Shown here: positions 11,593 to 25,626 of the stretch, one piece after another
Position numbering within the stretch: position 1 is the stretch's first letter
How the letters are laid out: every line of letters starts with the position of its first letter
NCBI GenBank assembly: GCA_951406725.2
Contig: OX597822.1
Coordinates: forward strand, 4,650,001-4,714,000
Direction of reading: 5' to 3'
DNA length: 64,000 bases
DNA from: Octopus vulgaris
Lineage: Eukaryota
Made by a program: the position numbers and the translations under genes
The notes under the pieces: model-generated
The model's database searches: none
What the model was told of the DNA's origin: nothing
What the model saw: the letters and a program-made list of their open reading frames with translations, nothing else

Positions 11593-13791
11593 AAAAACAC
11601 ACATACATACATTCTATGAAGAGAGAGAAACAACCTGGAACCTTGGTTTAGAATTTCTTGCAGATTTTCTACAATGTCCACTTTTTGCATTTAAGTCCAA
11701 ATAAGATATAAAATACTCATACTTGATACCAAATAGAAGAAATATTTATGAAGAATAGCTTACAAAAACTTCACCTCTCTAAAAAAAGGTTTATTTAATT
11801 TCAGGTAGACTCAGCTTTATATTACTTAAAATTTCATAAGGAAAGATATGTGAATTCTTCCTCAGATGCACTCAGATCAGAGTAAAGAGAATTTGAAGAT
11901 AGCTTCTAGGTGATATTATTTTGAATCCCCATAGATTGTTTCAAATCATGTGTAACACTTTGGTAAAAGCGGCAACACCTGTTGATGCCATGTACAATCA
12001 CACACTGCTATCAAGTAGTTAATAGTCTGTAGGATTTGAGAGTTCAATGATGTCAGTTACTGTCATATCACATGGTCATATCACATGGTCATGAGGCGTC
12101 AGATTACATATTAGTTCGTGTGTGTCAAGTATAGCTGTGTAGAGTAATTTTAGTGAGGTGATGGTAAGTCATGATGATAATACACAGAGCATGGGTCAAT
12201 TATGGCTCAGGTACTTTATCTGGGTCAGGAATAGTTTCAAGTTCATTTACAGGGTATATGTTTGGCGGCAATTATAGGATTAAGTAATTTTCTTGTTGAT
12301 GGATACAGCAGTCTCTTGCAGTATGTGCAGTTTCACATGGGGGCAGAGTTGGCAATCACAAGCGAACACAACAAAGAGTAATGCGGAAGCTGGTACAAGG
12401 GAACTTCATCTTTTCTAGTGTTATGATAAAGTATGTCCTTTAAACTTGTGAAGGGATGGATGACTGAGTGGGAGACATTTTAGGGTCAGAAGAACCTTTA
12501 GTCTTATCAAGAAGATAAGATGACAACCACTTTAGTGCTTCTGCCACTAAAAATATGCATCCAGTACATTCTGTGAAGTGGTTGATGGTGTGAAGTATGA
12601 AGGGCAACCAGTCATAGAAACCATTCTAAAGTGAAAATGGAGGATGAGTGAGATATGTCACCTGGCCATGTCTAGGAAAGCAGAAATCCCGCACAAGAAC
12701 TGACTCAAACCATGTCCTATCCAACTCATGCCACCACTATGAAAAGCGGATGTAATATGATGATAATAGCAAAAGTATTGTACATGCTGTCAAGTCATAC
12801 TTGCTTGTGAATGACGTGTGGTGTGTGTGTGTGTGTGTGTGTATACATGTATACATACATACATACATCATCATCATCGTTTAACGTCTGCTTTCCATGC
12901 TAGCATGGGATATATATACATACACACATATATATGCATACATGGGGAGATAGAGAAAAATAGGACTAACACATATGTATTATTTTCTGAAGCTTACTTA
13001 TTTAATGGAATTCAATTTAATGGAAATCCCAAACCAACCTTCCCAAAGTGTCTTTTATCTGAAGGAAGATGAAATGTGACACTAAATGACAGAGAAAACA
13101 GTTAATGTCAACAGCAAGAAGAAGGACAAAACAACAAAAATAGAAGCTTTCAATCAACGCCATGTAGATACTAAGGTGAGTGTAATTGAAAACACACCTT
13201 CCATTAAACACATACCTGCACTAGCAGATCAATACATACCTATACTATCAAACATATCTACTCTGAGACATGCATATGCAGATGCATTTGGTATAAGACA
13301 TATACTTTCACATATTAGTGAATATATATACATATGCACGTGCGCACGCACGCGCACACACAAATAGCAGTTAAGAATAACCAAACTCATTTGATTTTAA
13401 TCATAAACATGTAGATGTTGTTTGGCTGCTGATGGGAGTGATGATGAGGAGAGGATTATAAAAGAAAACATAAGGGGAACGAGTGTGAGCAAAGTTTGTA
13501 CCAAATTATGCTTCAATGAATTCTGCAAGGTTAAAAAAAAAATGCTTGTTACCATGGAGATGCAGCAACAGAAAAAACCCAAAAGAAATCAGTTGAAAAC
13601 TACAAGCAAAGCATAAAAAAAAATTGTGTACCCTTTGAGAAAGCTAGTGATTAGTGTAGCAACAAATATTTTTGGGGGACATAAACAAACATCAAAAGCC
13701 TTGGGAAAAGAAAGAAGACAAGTGAAATATATTTTAAGACAAATACAGTTGGTGCATTTATAGGCTTTATTAAATATGATTCCTCCTAAAC

Positions 13792-13826
<35 letters not shown>

Positions 13827-14296
13827 TAAAATGAATAACTAAAAAGTAAGAAGTCTAAAGTGATTTCTAATAATCTAGAGAGAAATGAAAGTGGTTTTAA
13901 TAAATGTTGTGGGTGTCAGAGAGGGAGCAGGGGACACAGAGTGGTTAATAGGGGCTGGCAAAGTAGGAAATGCTTATTGTTCAAAGTAAACAACTGTTTC
14001 CTTTCTCTTTGTCTCTTGTCTTTCTCTGGGATTTGTTAAGAACCAAGTTCTTCATTTTCTATGTAACATCAGTCCATTTCCCCTATTCAAGTTCTTTAAA
14101 GACTTTAGCCCTTCCTTTGATCACAATAGTCTAATATAATTTGTTACTTTGATAGACAACGGCCTCCTTTTCCACCTCTTGTTTCATCTCAGTGTAAAAA
14201 AAGCCAACTGTACATCTTTTCTTCTCTCATGGATATCTTCTTCCTTTTCCTCTCATAACCCCAAACAGTCCTCAGAAGTCTATCTAAGAGTACCTA

Positions 14297-14520
14297 TTTC
14301 TTTATTACCCACAAGGGGCTAAACATAGAGGGGACAAACATGGACAGACATATGTATTAAGTCGATTACATCGACCCCAGTGCATAACTTGTACTTAATT
14401 TATCGACCCCGAAAGGATGAAAGGCAAAGTCGACCTCGGCGGAATTTGAACTCACAACGTAGCGGCAGCAGAAATACCACTAAGCATTTTGCCCGATGTG
14501 CTAACGATTCTGCCAGCTCA
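14297..14520 (-). mobile_element. tRNA-derived SINE (second family) with Tx1-type 3' tail
   Basis: Minus strand gagctggcagaatcgttagc...gagttcaaattcc...gcctttcatcctttcggggtcgataaa...gccccttgtgggtaataaag; CpGs retained, so relatively young. Confidence 0.8.
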
Positions 14521-14639
14521 AGTACTCTCTAACAGTTAATACAAATAGTTTATCCTGCAATTTTTTTGAAGTCCCAACAAGTTATTTTACCGAAGACCCT
14601 ACATGGTTTTAAAATATTTACCTTTTTACCTTATTTTTT

Positions 14640-14990
14640 AATTCTTGTTTCAGTTATTGGACTGTGGCCATTCTGGATCACTGCCTTGAAGGGTTTAGTT
14701 TTAACAAATTGATCCCAGTACTTTTTTTAAAGTCTGGTACTTATTCTATCAGTCTCTTTTGCCAAACTGCTAGGTTATGGAGATGTAAACAAACCAACAC
14801 TACTTGTCAAATGATGGTGAGAGGACAAACACACACAACAAGCTTCTTTCAGTTTCCCTCTATCTAATCCACTCATAACCCTTTGACCTGGGGCTATAGT
14901 AGAAGACACTTGCCCAAGGTGCCACACAGTGGGACTGAACCTGGAACCAAGTAGTTGGGAAGCAAGCTTTTTACTACACAGCTGTGCTTT
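14640..14990 (-). mobile_element. CORE-type SINE
   Basis: Reverse complement colinear with 52180-52592. Confidence 0.75.
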
Positions 14991-15276
14991 GCTGAAAAAT
15001 TTTCAAAATATAAACAGGGCAGAGAGAAATAATGGTATTTAACATAGGAACATGGAAATAGAATTTTTTTCTTTTCAAGTGGGGAAATATAGTCCATGAG
15101 ATCTACCCCAGTTAATGACTGGTACCTTTCTTCATTAACTTATAGAAATATGGAAGGAAAGATGATGATGATGATAAAGTGAAAGCTCAGAATGTAAAAA
15201 GCCCTCAACTAAAGTCACAAAATGTTTGCTGAGATAGCAATTATGACAAATAAAGATAAAACCCAAAAAAGCTTAC

Positions 15277-15460
15277 CTAAAGCTGCATAATCTGGTGTCT
15301 GGGGATCCCCACTGAGAGTATAGCGAACATGAGATATTTTGACAGCCCAGGGTGGTAGCCACCAAGATGACGGATATACACTTGACTGTTTGGAAGCATA
15401 GTCAAATGGGTCCCCATACAAGATTGCCCCTATGGCACCAAAATTCTCCGCATGTTTCAC
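15277..15460 (-). CDS. Internal exon C, PA domain, M28B gene
   Basis: Acceptor ttttaatttgcAG, donor GTAAGC; 184 nt; VKHAENFGAIGAILYGDPFDY...YPSSWWLPPWAV...GDPQTPDYAAL matches GCPII VKNAQLAGAKGVILYSDPADY...GDPLTPGYPA. Confidence 0.95.
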
Positions 15461-17984
15461 CTGCAAATTAAAAGGAGAAATAAGACAAGGAAACTGCAAT
15501 AAATAATAAAAAGAAAAAAGTTCCAAGAGAAATGGTTGGATTTTAGTTCAAACACAGAGACATAAGGTTGACAAGATTGCTGCAGTGAATAAATCCATGA
15601 AACTCACTTGAAAGAGTTTTTCTTTTTGGGTTTTGAATAAGAATAAAAACAAAAACAAACAGTAGAAATAGTAAAACAATCCCCACCAGCAACGGCAGAA
15701 TTTAATTTACATTTGAAAACATTTTCAAAGAGGTGCTTATAAAAGAATTGTTAGCATGGCACCAGATATCTTCATGCTTGCTTAATATGTGTTTGTGTGT
15801 GTGTATCTATGTATATGTACATGTGTGTGTTTGTGTTTGTGTGTGTGTGTGTATCTATGTATATGTATCTATGTGTGTGTGTGTGTATTCCTCCAAATTC
15901 AATAAAACTAAACACTACTGATTGTTTTTAATTTGTTTGACTATTTGAGGGAGATGGGAACTAGGATAAAAATGATGTTAGGCTATTAACTATGGTTCAA
16001 ATTTACAAGAAAAATTTCACTGTCACTCTGGGCTTTCTAGTTAAAGAGTACATGCCTTCAGTTCACAAAAATGTCAGAAACAGGTACCACAACTTCTGGG
16101 AAAGAAGATACAAGTTTAAAAAAAAAAAAAAAATCTTTCCCAAGAAGAGTTGTCTTTAATCTACTTAACAGTAAAGAAATTGGAATTAACTATTGGTCCT
16201 ATGGATCTAAAATCTCTAGGATAAGGCTGCTTTTTGTTGTATTTGATATTTTTTTAAAACAATGTCAATTGGCTTAACATACACATTTGTTGCAATGGGA
16301 AGAAAATGCTTGTTGCATTTCCTCTGACAAGAGAAATAAAAATATAAAAAAATAAATGAAGGAAACAACATTTTTACACATTAACATTCATATAAAAACT
16401 ATGTTGAATTCTATTTTCTGATAATGAAAATAGAATTCAATGCAGTCACATGTGTATTTCCTCCCATTAACAAGATTAATTTATTTTTATTAATACACTG
16501 GTTTGAGTGTTATTGCAGTTGTTATTGGAGAGTTCTACCACCACAGATACACACACACTGTAAAGGAAATCTATAACATGAGTGCAACCAATCAGAAGAG
16601 GGATTCAATCACTAGTTCAACCATCAATACTTTAACCCAACCCCTATTGCCAACACCATTTCCCTACCTATCACTTAATCTATCACTCTTTGATGCAGTC
16701 CCTCTTTGCTAAGGGGTTCTGCTTCTTACTTCTCATTACATCTGTTGAGCATTTTCATACCTCAATTGATTATGCAGTTTGCATGATGCAATAAGCTTCA
16801 TGTCCTTTTCCATCACAGACCCTCCTGGGCCTAACAACTGCAGCTGCTTCACTGACCTTCACTGCTGTCCTTTCCATTATTCCACGATACTTTGCTATTT
16901 CAGACACAGCCAACTAACAAAGGTAGCGTTGTGATGGTGTAGCAGTTTGAACTGTAAAAATCTGTAGCACTCCAGCAACTTCTCAGACCCCTACTTTCTA
17001 CAAACTATCTTCTCTGTATTCCCTGCAACCAATAATTCCCGTTCACCACCCTCTACCGTCTCATCTCCTCCTCTCACCTTCCTTCCACAATCATCAACCT
17101 TAATGTCAGAACACCATGTACCTCCGCTTCCTTTTCAAGATTCACAAAGCCACCTCATAATTACCACCTGTCCCACAGAATTAATCACCTAATACTTAGT
17201 CCAGCTCTTTTCACCAATAGTTGTAGCTCTCTCATTGCATAACTATGATGCCAGCCATAGCATTACCTTTTTAAATCCTTTATGTTTTTTACATCGATGA
17301 CTGTATTGTATCCCCTCATTCCTACATCCCTTTTGTCAACTTTCCCCTGCCTTAGATTTCACATCCATCATCTTCACAACTTCTGATAACTTAATGGACA
17401 TCCTTGTCTTTACTGACCACCACAATATCTCCATCATTATCATTTATATGTCCATTGACTCCTACTCCTTTATTTCACTTAATCTCATCTCCCTAATACC
17501 AAATCTGCAATCCCCTACTTACTACTCTATCACATCTACAACTTTTGTAGCCATGGTTATGACTGGTACAAAATCCAATTCAAACATCCACTATTTCATT
17601 CAATGTGGTTACTCTCAATCAGCTAATGATGCTACCTTGCTGGTTACCTGTGTGATATTGACAGAACCACCACTCCTCCATTACCACCAACCAGCTTTCC
17701 TTTACTCTCACTTGCCTCCACTATCACCTTACTGTTCTAACACACCACCCTACACTACTTCCATACTTCAATCTGATCCTGCTGCTTTCCACATCTTTCC
17801 TGAATGTGTTTCTCTTGTCCTTCAGATGCAATGGGAATCTCTGCCATCCACCCAATACTCTTGCTATCCCTCACTCCACTGTCTGGGTTCTTTAATCCAA
17901 AACATCACCACCCTACACAGACTTAACTCTTCCTTCCATTTCATGGATGAGCCTTCATCTTTTTCATCACCTGAAGGGTTGTAC

Positions 17985-19570
17985 AAATGAGATGATCAAG
18001 GCAGTGTTGGGAGCTTTAAACAAATAAACTCTACTATGTACATTGAGCACTTTTCCTTCCATTTGTATACCCAGGCATATAAACCTCATCATTTACCTAC
18101 TGGAGCTCCTCTATGCTGATGACCTTGTTCTTATAGCCTTAGAGTTTAGCTAGCAAAGACCAAAATACTAGTGAACAGGTAAGCAGACAAATTGCAAATC
18201 TCTTCAAGGAAATGGCCCTGTTTGATATGTAGAAAAGGTGTAGGTTGAGATTTGATACTGTGTACCAAATACAAGCCAAGGGCACATAAGAGATGCGGTA
18301 GAATAACAGGAAGCTTAACAGAGAAAGTAGTCTTTGTGTGTGGTTGGTGTTCAGGTACAACAAATACTAAGAACACACAGAAAGTAGACTTTCTCAAATG
18401 TTCAGGGAAATCCTTAGAGGTAGTAGAGAAGTTTCTGTTATGTAGGAGACCAAATGAGCTGTGGAGAAAGATACACAAAGCGTAGTTGTTAGAATAAGAA
18501 CTCACTGGGAAAGGTTCAGAGAGCCCCTTTGTTGGTAACAAAGGGCCTTTCCTTCAGAGTGAAGGGCATATGGTATGATGCTTGTGTTTTGAACAGCTGT
18601 GCTAAATGGTAAAGAAATGCGAACTGGGAAAGCAGAGGACGTGAGAGAAATGAAACCAGTGTGCTCCATTGGATGTGCAGTGTCAGTGTGCATGTACAAT
18701 AAAATTGGGTATAAAAGGCATCACATGTAGTGTGCAAGAGAGAAGACTGCACTGGTGTAGTCATGTGATGCATATGAATGAAGACAGCTGCATAAAGAAG
18801 TGGCGATCTGTAGATATGGATGAAACCTGTTGAAGAGGAAGACCTAGGAAGACACGGGAAAAATGATCTTCAGATGTTTAGCCTCACAGAAGAGATGACA
18901 AAGGACCAAGACAATTGGTGTTTTGCTGTGTTTGAGAAAACCCATCCAGTAAAGTAAAATTGAGGTCAACAAGGACACACCGTTTTGGCCTCAATTCTAC
19001 TCCCACACACAATCTGTCCTTGGCAAACCTTTTCTCCACAGCCCGTCTTACCAACATTGCCTCTCCTTCACAAGTGTTCACCACTTGTATCATTTCCCCC
19101 ATTAACTTCCATTCTTTGTTGTGAACCGATATGCACACTATGTCTCTGTCAAATCTCTTCTCTACAACACAACCTCCAAACACCCTTCCCCCATATGTGC
19201 CCACCCACTTCATTCCTCACCCCTCCATTTCCCACTCTCTTTTTGCAATCTTGTGAACTTATACACCCACTCACCTTATCCGGTCCCTACCCTGACACAT
19301 CTTCACCATCTCATCTCCCCAACTGAAGTAGCCATGTATCTTTTCCACTGCAAGACACCTATTTCTGTCACTGTATTCATACTATAATTTCTCATCCCCT
19401 GACACTAACCCATCTCCCTCAATACTACTCCCCTCTCTGTTGAATAGTCTTGTCTTGCAAGTTACTTAATGATCTCACTGCATCTGTACCACATAAGAAA
19501 CAACCAGCAACCTCTGTAAAGTGGTTGACATTAGGAAGGGCATCCAGCTATAGAAACCATGGTAAAGCAG
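17985..19570 (+). mobile_element. Decayed RTE LINE (RT C-terminal half plus 3' UTR)
   Basis: LLYADDLVLIA near 18105-18137, LSFRVKGIWYDACVL, HWCSHVMHMNEDSCIKKW, RGRPRKT; 3' terminus aggaagggcatccagc. Confidence 0.75.
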
Positions 19571-19795
19571 GTAGGAAATCGACCTCTCTGTCTGTATATC
19601 TACCCTCTTTATAATGTTGGCAAATGAATTAGGAATAAAGATGTGCATTGTTCGGTTGTTTGCAAAATTTCTAAAGGTGGCTGAAGATTGCTCAACATTT
19701 TAAAATTGATGTAATGCTTACAGTGTTTAATAAACTGAAGTAGCATGAAACGATCATACCACATTACCTCGGATATAATTTGTTGCTTATTTTGA

Positions 19796-19833
<38 letters not shown>

Positions 19834-21728
19834 TATAATATTATATATAAATTAGATGGAGAGAGAGGATAGAAATAAGTAGTAGATTGTAGATTCCTTT
19901 AGTTTTTGGTTGTAAGTGTAATACAAGAAAGTTCAGTGTAATTTTGGCTAAAGTTATTGCAATGATGAAAGAGTCCAGTTAGAGTTGAGAGTAAATCATG
20001 GTTATATCCATTACATGGTTATTATTTTCCCTTTCCTTTATAACTGAGAAATATTAAAAACATCTCTGGAAAAAAAAAAAAGAAGAAAACAAAAACATTA
20101 TTAATAAATTTAACAAAAACAAAATAACTCAGATTCGTTGTAATATTTGATATTTCCTTCCTTTACCTCATCTATCACACTGACATGAGCTGAACGAAAA
20201 TATTTCCTTCATTGTTGTGGGGTATATGCTAAATATCAAAAATGAGGATTGCCAATATTTCTTCTAAGCAGAGTTCTTTGAAGAAATTGTTAAAAAATAT
20301 TGTGCCACACTTCTATTGTTTTTACTTTGTCTGATAAGAAGTGAAATGGTTGAGTGATATGATTCTAGATTACAAATTCATAGGTCACAAGTTTAAAATT
20401 ACTGCAGCCATTTCTTTGTGTTGCTGGGCAGGAATGGTGTGCAAGGACCAAACAGATGATTTGAGCCTAGTAACTCCCCCTTTTGTCATTCACCAGCAAT
20501 TTTAGCAACTCCAGTGAACAGAAAATGCCACCATCTCTTTATGTCCATAAAAAAGAAGAGGAAGAAGAAAAAAAATTATAATTATTTTAAAGATGCAGTA
20601 CCTGCAGAGTTAAAATGAAATATTGGTCGAAAAATCATGAGTTCAAATTTTTCTACAGGCATTGTGTGGTGACTTTAAATAAAATAGACTACTGTACTTG
20701 CCACAAGCTATCTGGTGAGTTGGTAGATTAGGTAAGCGATCTTGCAGAAAATTTTTTTTACCTCTAGCTGTAGTATTTAAATACACCCCCTACACTTTCT
20801 ACATATTCTGCTGCTGACAAATGAATGGAAGAGAGGAATAAAATGTATTCTTGTGTAACAGAATTCAATTTTGGCATTGTAATCCATCGAATTATATCTT
20901 AATTTCCAGTTAGATCAATATTCTACCATTATGTTATTACACACACACACACACTCTCTCTCTCTCTCTCTCCCTCTTATAACTTGACATTTTGTTGCCA
21001 GGTAGATGGGAAATGGGTGTGGCTAGAATATTGCCCATGGCACAGAACATAAGATATAAGGGGATACAAACTCCTGGCTTTCTAGCTCTGAGAGTTGGTG
21101 CTTTTATCCTCTCTGCAACATCTCACAATTACCATAAAGCATTTTGATAGAAACAGTAACACAAAGCACTTAATTTGACCTTTCTTATTTATAGACTACT
21201 TAATTGAAATCAAGATTCAATGCACATACACCTTGCTTCACACAAACAGAGGCAAACATAGATACAAAATGTTTCACACACAAATAGAGAGAGAGACACA
21301 CAGAGAATGGTGCAACACATTGAAAAGCTTTTAGTATGGATGATGGGAAAAACAAAAATAAAAAGACAAGAATGAGATTAGTATATCACTGAAAATATCT
21401 TGATGAGCAATTCTGTTTGTCTGAAAAGGTGTCTAGTTCAAACAGTAAGCTATATTTGTATTCATTAATGAAGTTTTGAAACACAATCTCCTTCTCAAAT
21501 ATTGGTTTGAGTTAAATTGATTTAAAGCTATTCTTTTTATTGGAATATACAGTCATATTTAGAAGAAATTTATTTTGAAATGCTGTCTATTCATACACAC
21601 ATGATCACATACTGCATATTAAATACAGATACACATACACACATACATGAACGAGGACACATGCATACATCAACACAATATAAATTATACATGAATGAAT
21701 TAAATTAAAGTTGACATTTTTGTAAACA

Positions 21729-21760
<32 letters not shown>

Positions 21761-22023
21761 TACTCTCTCTCTTACTCTCACGATGACTGCTGTATAAAAC
21801 TTCTAATGAGATTTAGAATACTCCAAACCTATAGTAAAGTTGACATTAATATTTATTAGTAATTTACAATTCTACAATATGTTGATGAATCCTCTGTCAG
21901 TTTTGATAATAAGCATTCAACTGAACTACATGCATATTAAACTAACATATAAGTGGCTGCATATTCCACAGGTACATGCACTGTGAACATAGTACTAAGG
22001 TTTAGTCAGTGTAATACAATATA

Positions 22024-22936
22024 TTGGGTCATCTCATAAATAATGTGCTTTTTTTATACTTCTTTTATTTTTCAAAATTAAGATAAACAAAGTTCCTTTT
22101 TAATTTAAAATATATACTCCCCTTCGTTTTCTATAATGTTCCTCCATCTATCTGGTAGACTTGCAAGGCCCCTCTTCCAAATTTCACTTGTCTGTGATGA
22201 AAAATACCCACCAGTACTGTTCTGACATCGTCTACAGAATTCATATTTTTTCCATCCGAACGATTTTGAAGACTACGGAATAAATGATAATCAAAGGGAG
22301 CAATGTCTAGTGAATATGGTGGGTGGGGCATCGTTTCCCATTCAAACTGTTCCAGACTTTGGAATGTCATCCTCACTGTATGTAACTGAGTATTATCCTA
22401 ATGGAGGAACACCTTTCTTCATGAAACCAAAGATGGTCACTTTTCTTTTAGTGCTGACTTGAATGACCAAATCCAAGTTTCTCTGCTAGTTCCTCAACGG
22501 TTATGACGAGATGTTTTTCCATCAGAGTTTGCAGGACATCCATGTCAAGGTCTACATATCTTCCAGGATGAGGCTCATCCCCTAGGCTGTAGTTTCTGAC
22601 TTAGAATTTCTGGAACCTCCGTTGATACAGGCTTACACTTATTGTCCGATTCCCAAAGACTGCATTAATATTCCTCACACTTTACCTTGCACTGTTGCCT
22701 TTATTGAACTCATAAAGCAAAATATACTGAATATGCTCCTTTGTCACTTCCATTATAGTTTTGAAAAAAATAACTGTTAAAATCGAACTGCACTTTTCAA
22801 AACTTGCACTAAGAATAAGTACAAGGTAAACTTACTACCTGCTTTTATAGTAAGTTGATGCAGATAGTTTATCCTGTCCCTCTCCAACTTTTAGTTCATG
22901 CAATTGATAAAACCACATTATTATGGAATGATCCAA
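22024..22936 (-). mobile_element. Internally deleted mariner transposon
   Basis: TIRs ttgggtcatctcataaataatgtg / cacattattatggaatgatccaa flanked by TA; PHPPYSLDIAPFDYHLFRSLQN is the mariner YSPDLAP motif. Confidence 0.9.
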
Positions 22937-23164
22937 TACAACAAGGCTGGTCCTTTCACCTAAGGCTACAATCCAGCCAAGGAGCTTTTACACTAGTACA
23001 CTCAGAAAACTTCTGTTATGCCCCAGCATGGCCACGGCCTTCGGGCTAAAACATTTTTAAGGATTTAAGGATTTAACTCAAGATGCTCAAAACATTACCG
23101 GAGAGATTGAACCAGGAACCTTATAGTTAGTTCTAAAGCATTTTTCAATCACAGCATCCACAAA

Positions 23165-23510
23165 TATGACTCATCTTCAGTCACGTATCCTTCTCTCCTG
23201 CTCTTCTTCGGTATCATTTGATTTGACCTAGGTTTATTCTTATTCCTGGTAGAATTTATGTGGGTAGCAGGTTGCTACCTGTACTCTTAGATATCCACAA
23301 GCTTCCAATAATCTGTCAAGTAGTCAAAACCCTTCTGATAATCTTTCCTGTCCATAAAAGGTAAACTTTATGTGGAAGCTTAGGACATTTTATTCCAATC
23401 TCCTTCGACCATTTGTCTATATCATTACCCACAGTTCCTAATGCACCAATTATTACAAACACAACCTATACAGTTTCCATACATTCTTTCAATTTCAAAT
23501 TTTAAGAGAC
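23165..23510 (-). mobile_element. R4/Dong-like LINE 3' end remnant
   Basis: Minus strand VVFVIIGALGTVGNDIDKW...LLWTGKIIRRVL; abuts an (AAT)n tract. Confidence 0.6.
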
Positions 23511-23565
23511 TATTAATAATAATAATAACAATAATAATGTCATCGTCATCAACATTATCATCATC

Positions 23566-23775
23566 AAGGTGGCAGATTCATTAGCATACAGGATGAAATG
23601 CTGAGTGGTATTTCACCCACTGCTATGTCCTGAGTTCAAATTCCACCGAGGTCGACTTTACCTTTCATCCTTTTAGGGGTCAATAAAATAAGTATCAGTT
23701 GAATATTGGGGTCGATGTAATCAACTCATCCCCTCCCACAAAATTGCTGCCCTTGAGGCAAAATTTGAAAGCATT
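23566..23775 (+). mobile_element. tRNA-derived SINE (second family) with (ATT)n tail
   Basis: aaggtggcagattc...gagttcaaattccaccgaggtcgac...cctttcatcc...gcccttgaggcaaaatttgaaa; further copies near 29070, 34510, 34745, 47750, 53640, 61170. Confidence 0.75.
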
Positions 23776-24053
23776 ATTATCATTATCATCATCATCATCA
23801 TTATTACAGTCTAGTGGTTAGGGTGTTGCACTCATGATCATGAGGTCGTGACTTCAATTCCCATCCCAGATGTGTTCTTGAGCAAAACACTTCATCTCAC
23901 ATTGCTCTGCAATCACTGCGACACCTGATGTGAAGGACATCATGAGCCTGTTTAGGATGATGGAGAGGGTGAGCTTATATGTATGGCACATACATTTGAT
24001 CACTATAAGCAAATCATTTGTGGTAGTCATTTGTCAAAAGTTGAGCACCCACA

Positions 24054-24240
24054 CATCATCATCATCATCATCACCATCATCACCCCCACCAGCATCACCA
24101 GCATCACCACCACCAGCATCACCATCATCACCACCAGCACCAGCATCACCAGCATCACCACCACCACCACCATCACCATCATTACCACCAGCACCAGCAT
24201 CACCACCACCACCACCACCACCACCACCATCATCGTCGTT
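24054..24240. repeat. Imperfect (CAT/CAC/CAG)n triplet repeat
   Basis: Direct reading; explains the four overlapping low-complexity ORFs here. Confidence 0.9.
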
Positions 24241-24648
24241 ATAATATGATAGTTGTAAACAAACATCACTGTCACACAAGCATGATACTAAGTAATCTTC
24301 TGTGAGAACATGCCCAGCCATTGAGTGTGCATGCGTGTGTGTGTGTGCAGCTGTATGGTTAAGAAGCTTACTTCCCAACCATGCGGAACATGCTGAAGAG
24401 TTAGATGTGCACCAAGTGTGAGACACATTAGTGTACGAAGTATAATGTTAATGTTTAAATGACAGATTTGTCATATACAAGAGGAGAGCAGATATCAAGC
24501 TTTCTTCTAAATAGGGGACAGATTAAGAACCTGAAGAAAGTGGTAATGACTTGTGTCAGCAACAATTAATTTATAAGAGAGTTGTAAAAGCTTTTGATAA
24601 ATTAGTTGTTGTGAATCTTTGTTCATCATGTCAGGTGAACATAATTAA

Positions 24649-24874
24649 CCCTTTTGATACCAGCCTGGCTGAAACCGCCTCTGGCTCTGTGGTACAAATA
24701 TCTTGTTTTCATATGTTCTGAATGAAAATCTTCCACCAAACCTTAGTCATAATTTATGTTCCTAACACCAGCTTAATGATAACCAAGTTATTTTACTAAA
24801 TTCTTTGTTATATTTAAAATTAATTGAAAGAAATACAAAGCATCTCAAAATAAATACAAAGCATCACAAAAGGG
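24649..24874. mobile_element. piggyBac-like MITE
   Basis: TTAA (24645-24648) ccctttt...aaaaggg TTAA (24875-24878). Confidence 0.75.
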
Positions 24875-25097
24875 TTAAGCGCCACCTGAGAACATTTACT
24901 GGCAAAATGACCGACATGAAAAAAATTGTTTCTTATGTGTTTATATTGAAAGAATGGACATTCAAGTTAATAGAATATGAAACAGCAGAAATTTAGTTGC
25001 TCAAGTGCCATCATCGATACTGGAATGCTTCTATGGTCACAAAGCCTAACCCACAATGGTGCTCATGTCATTAGTAGATACCACAGTACTGTATGTA

Positions 25098-25313
25098 CTA
25101 GGATGCACTGAAAAGTTCCTGGCTTAAGGGTACCGAGAAAGACCTGGTTTGAGGCCCAACTCTCTGAGTTCTTTTACAGGGCTTAGAAAAACTGAAGGAC
25201 AGCTGCAATAAGTTTGTGGATCTGAGAGGGGGATATGTTGAATAAAATCATAATTTACTGATCCTGCTGTATTTTCTTTAACCCAAAGCCAGGAACTTTT
25301 CAGCATCCCCTCG
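25098..25313 (+). mobile_element. mariner-derived MITE
   Basis: TIR ctgaaaagttcctggctt / aagccaggaacttttcag; retains transposase C-terminus-like CNKFVDLRGGYVE*. Confidence 0.75.
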
Positions 25314-25337
25314 GATACATATGAAAGTTCATAATGG

Positions 25338-25593
25338 ATACAGGAATGTTTGTGTGGTTAAGATGTCTGCTTCCCAACACAAGGCATCGAGTTTGGTCTC
25401 ACTGTGTGACATCTTGGGCAAGTATCTCCGACTACAGATTCAAACTAACAAATCCATTCACAAAGTCTTGAGTGGATTTGATAGGCAGAAAATTGAAAGA
25501 AGCCTACCACACACACATGCACACACCCAGACACACACACACACACTATACACACAGACACACACACACTACACACACACACACATACACTAT

Positions 25594-25626
<33 letters not shown>

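Noticed and set aside
17394-17990. 198-aa ORF, the longest in the track
   Set aside because: No recognisable motif; C/T skew suppresses stop codons
23930-24426. Pro/Ser-, Thr- or Gly/Asp-rich proteins
   Set aside because: Open frames arise from a stop-free triplet repeat at a SINE end; no splice context or unique coding sequence
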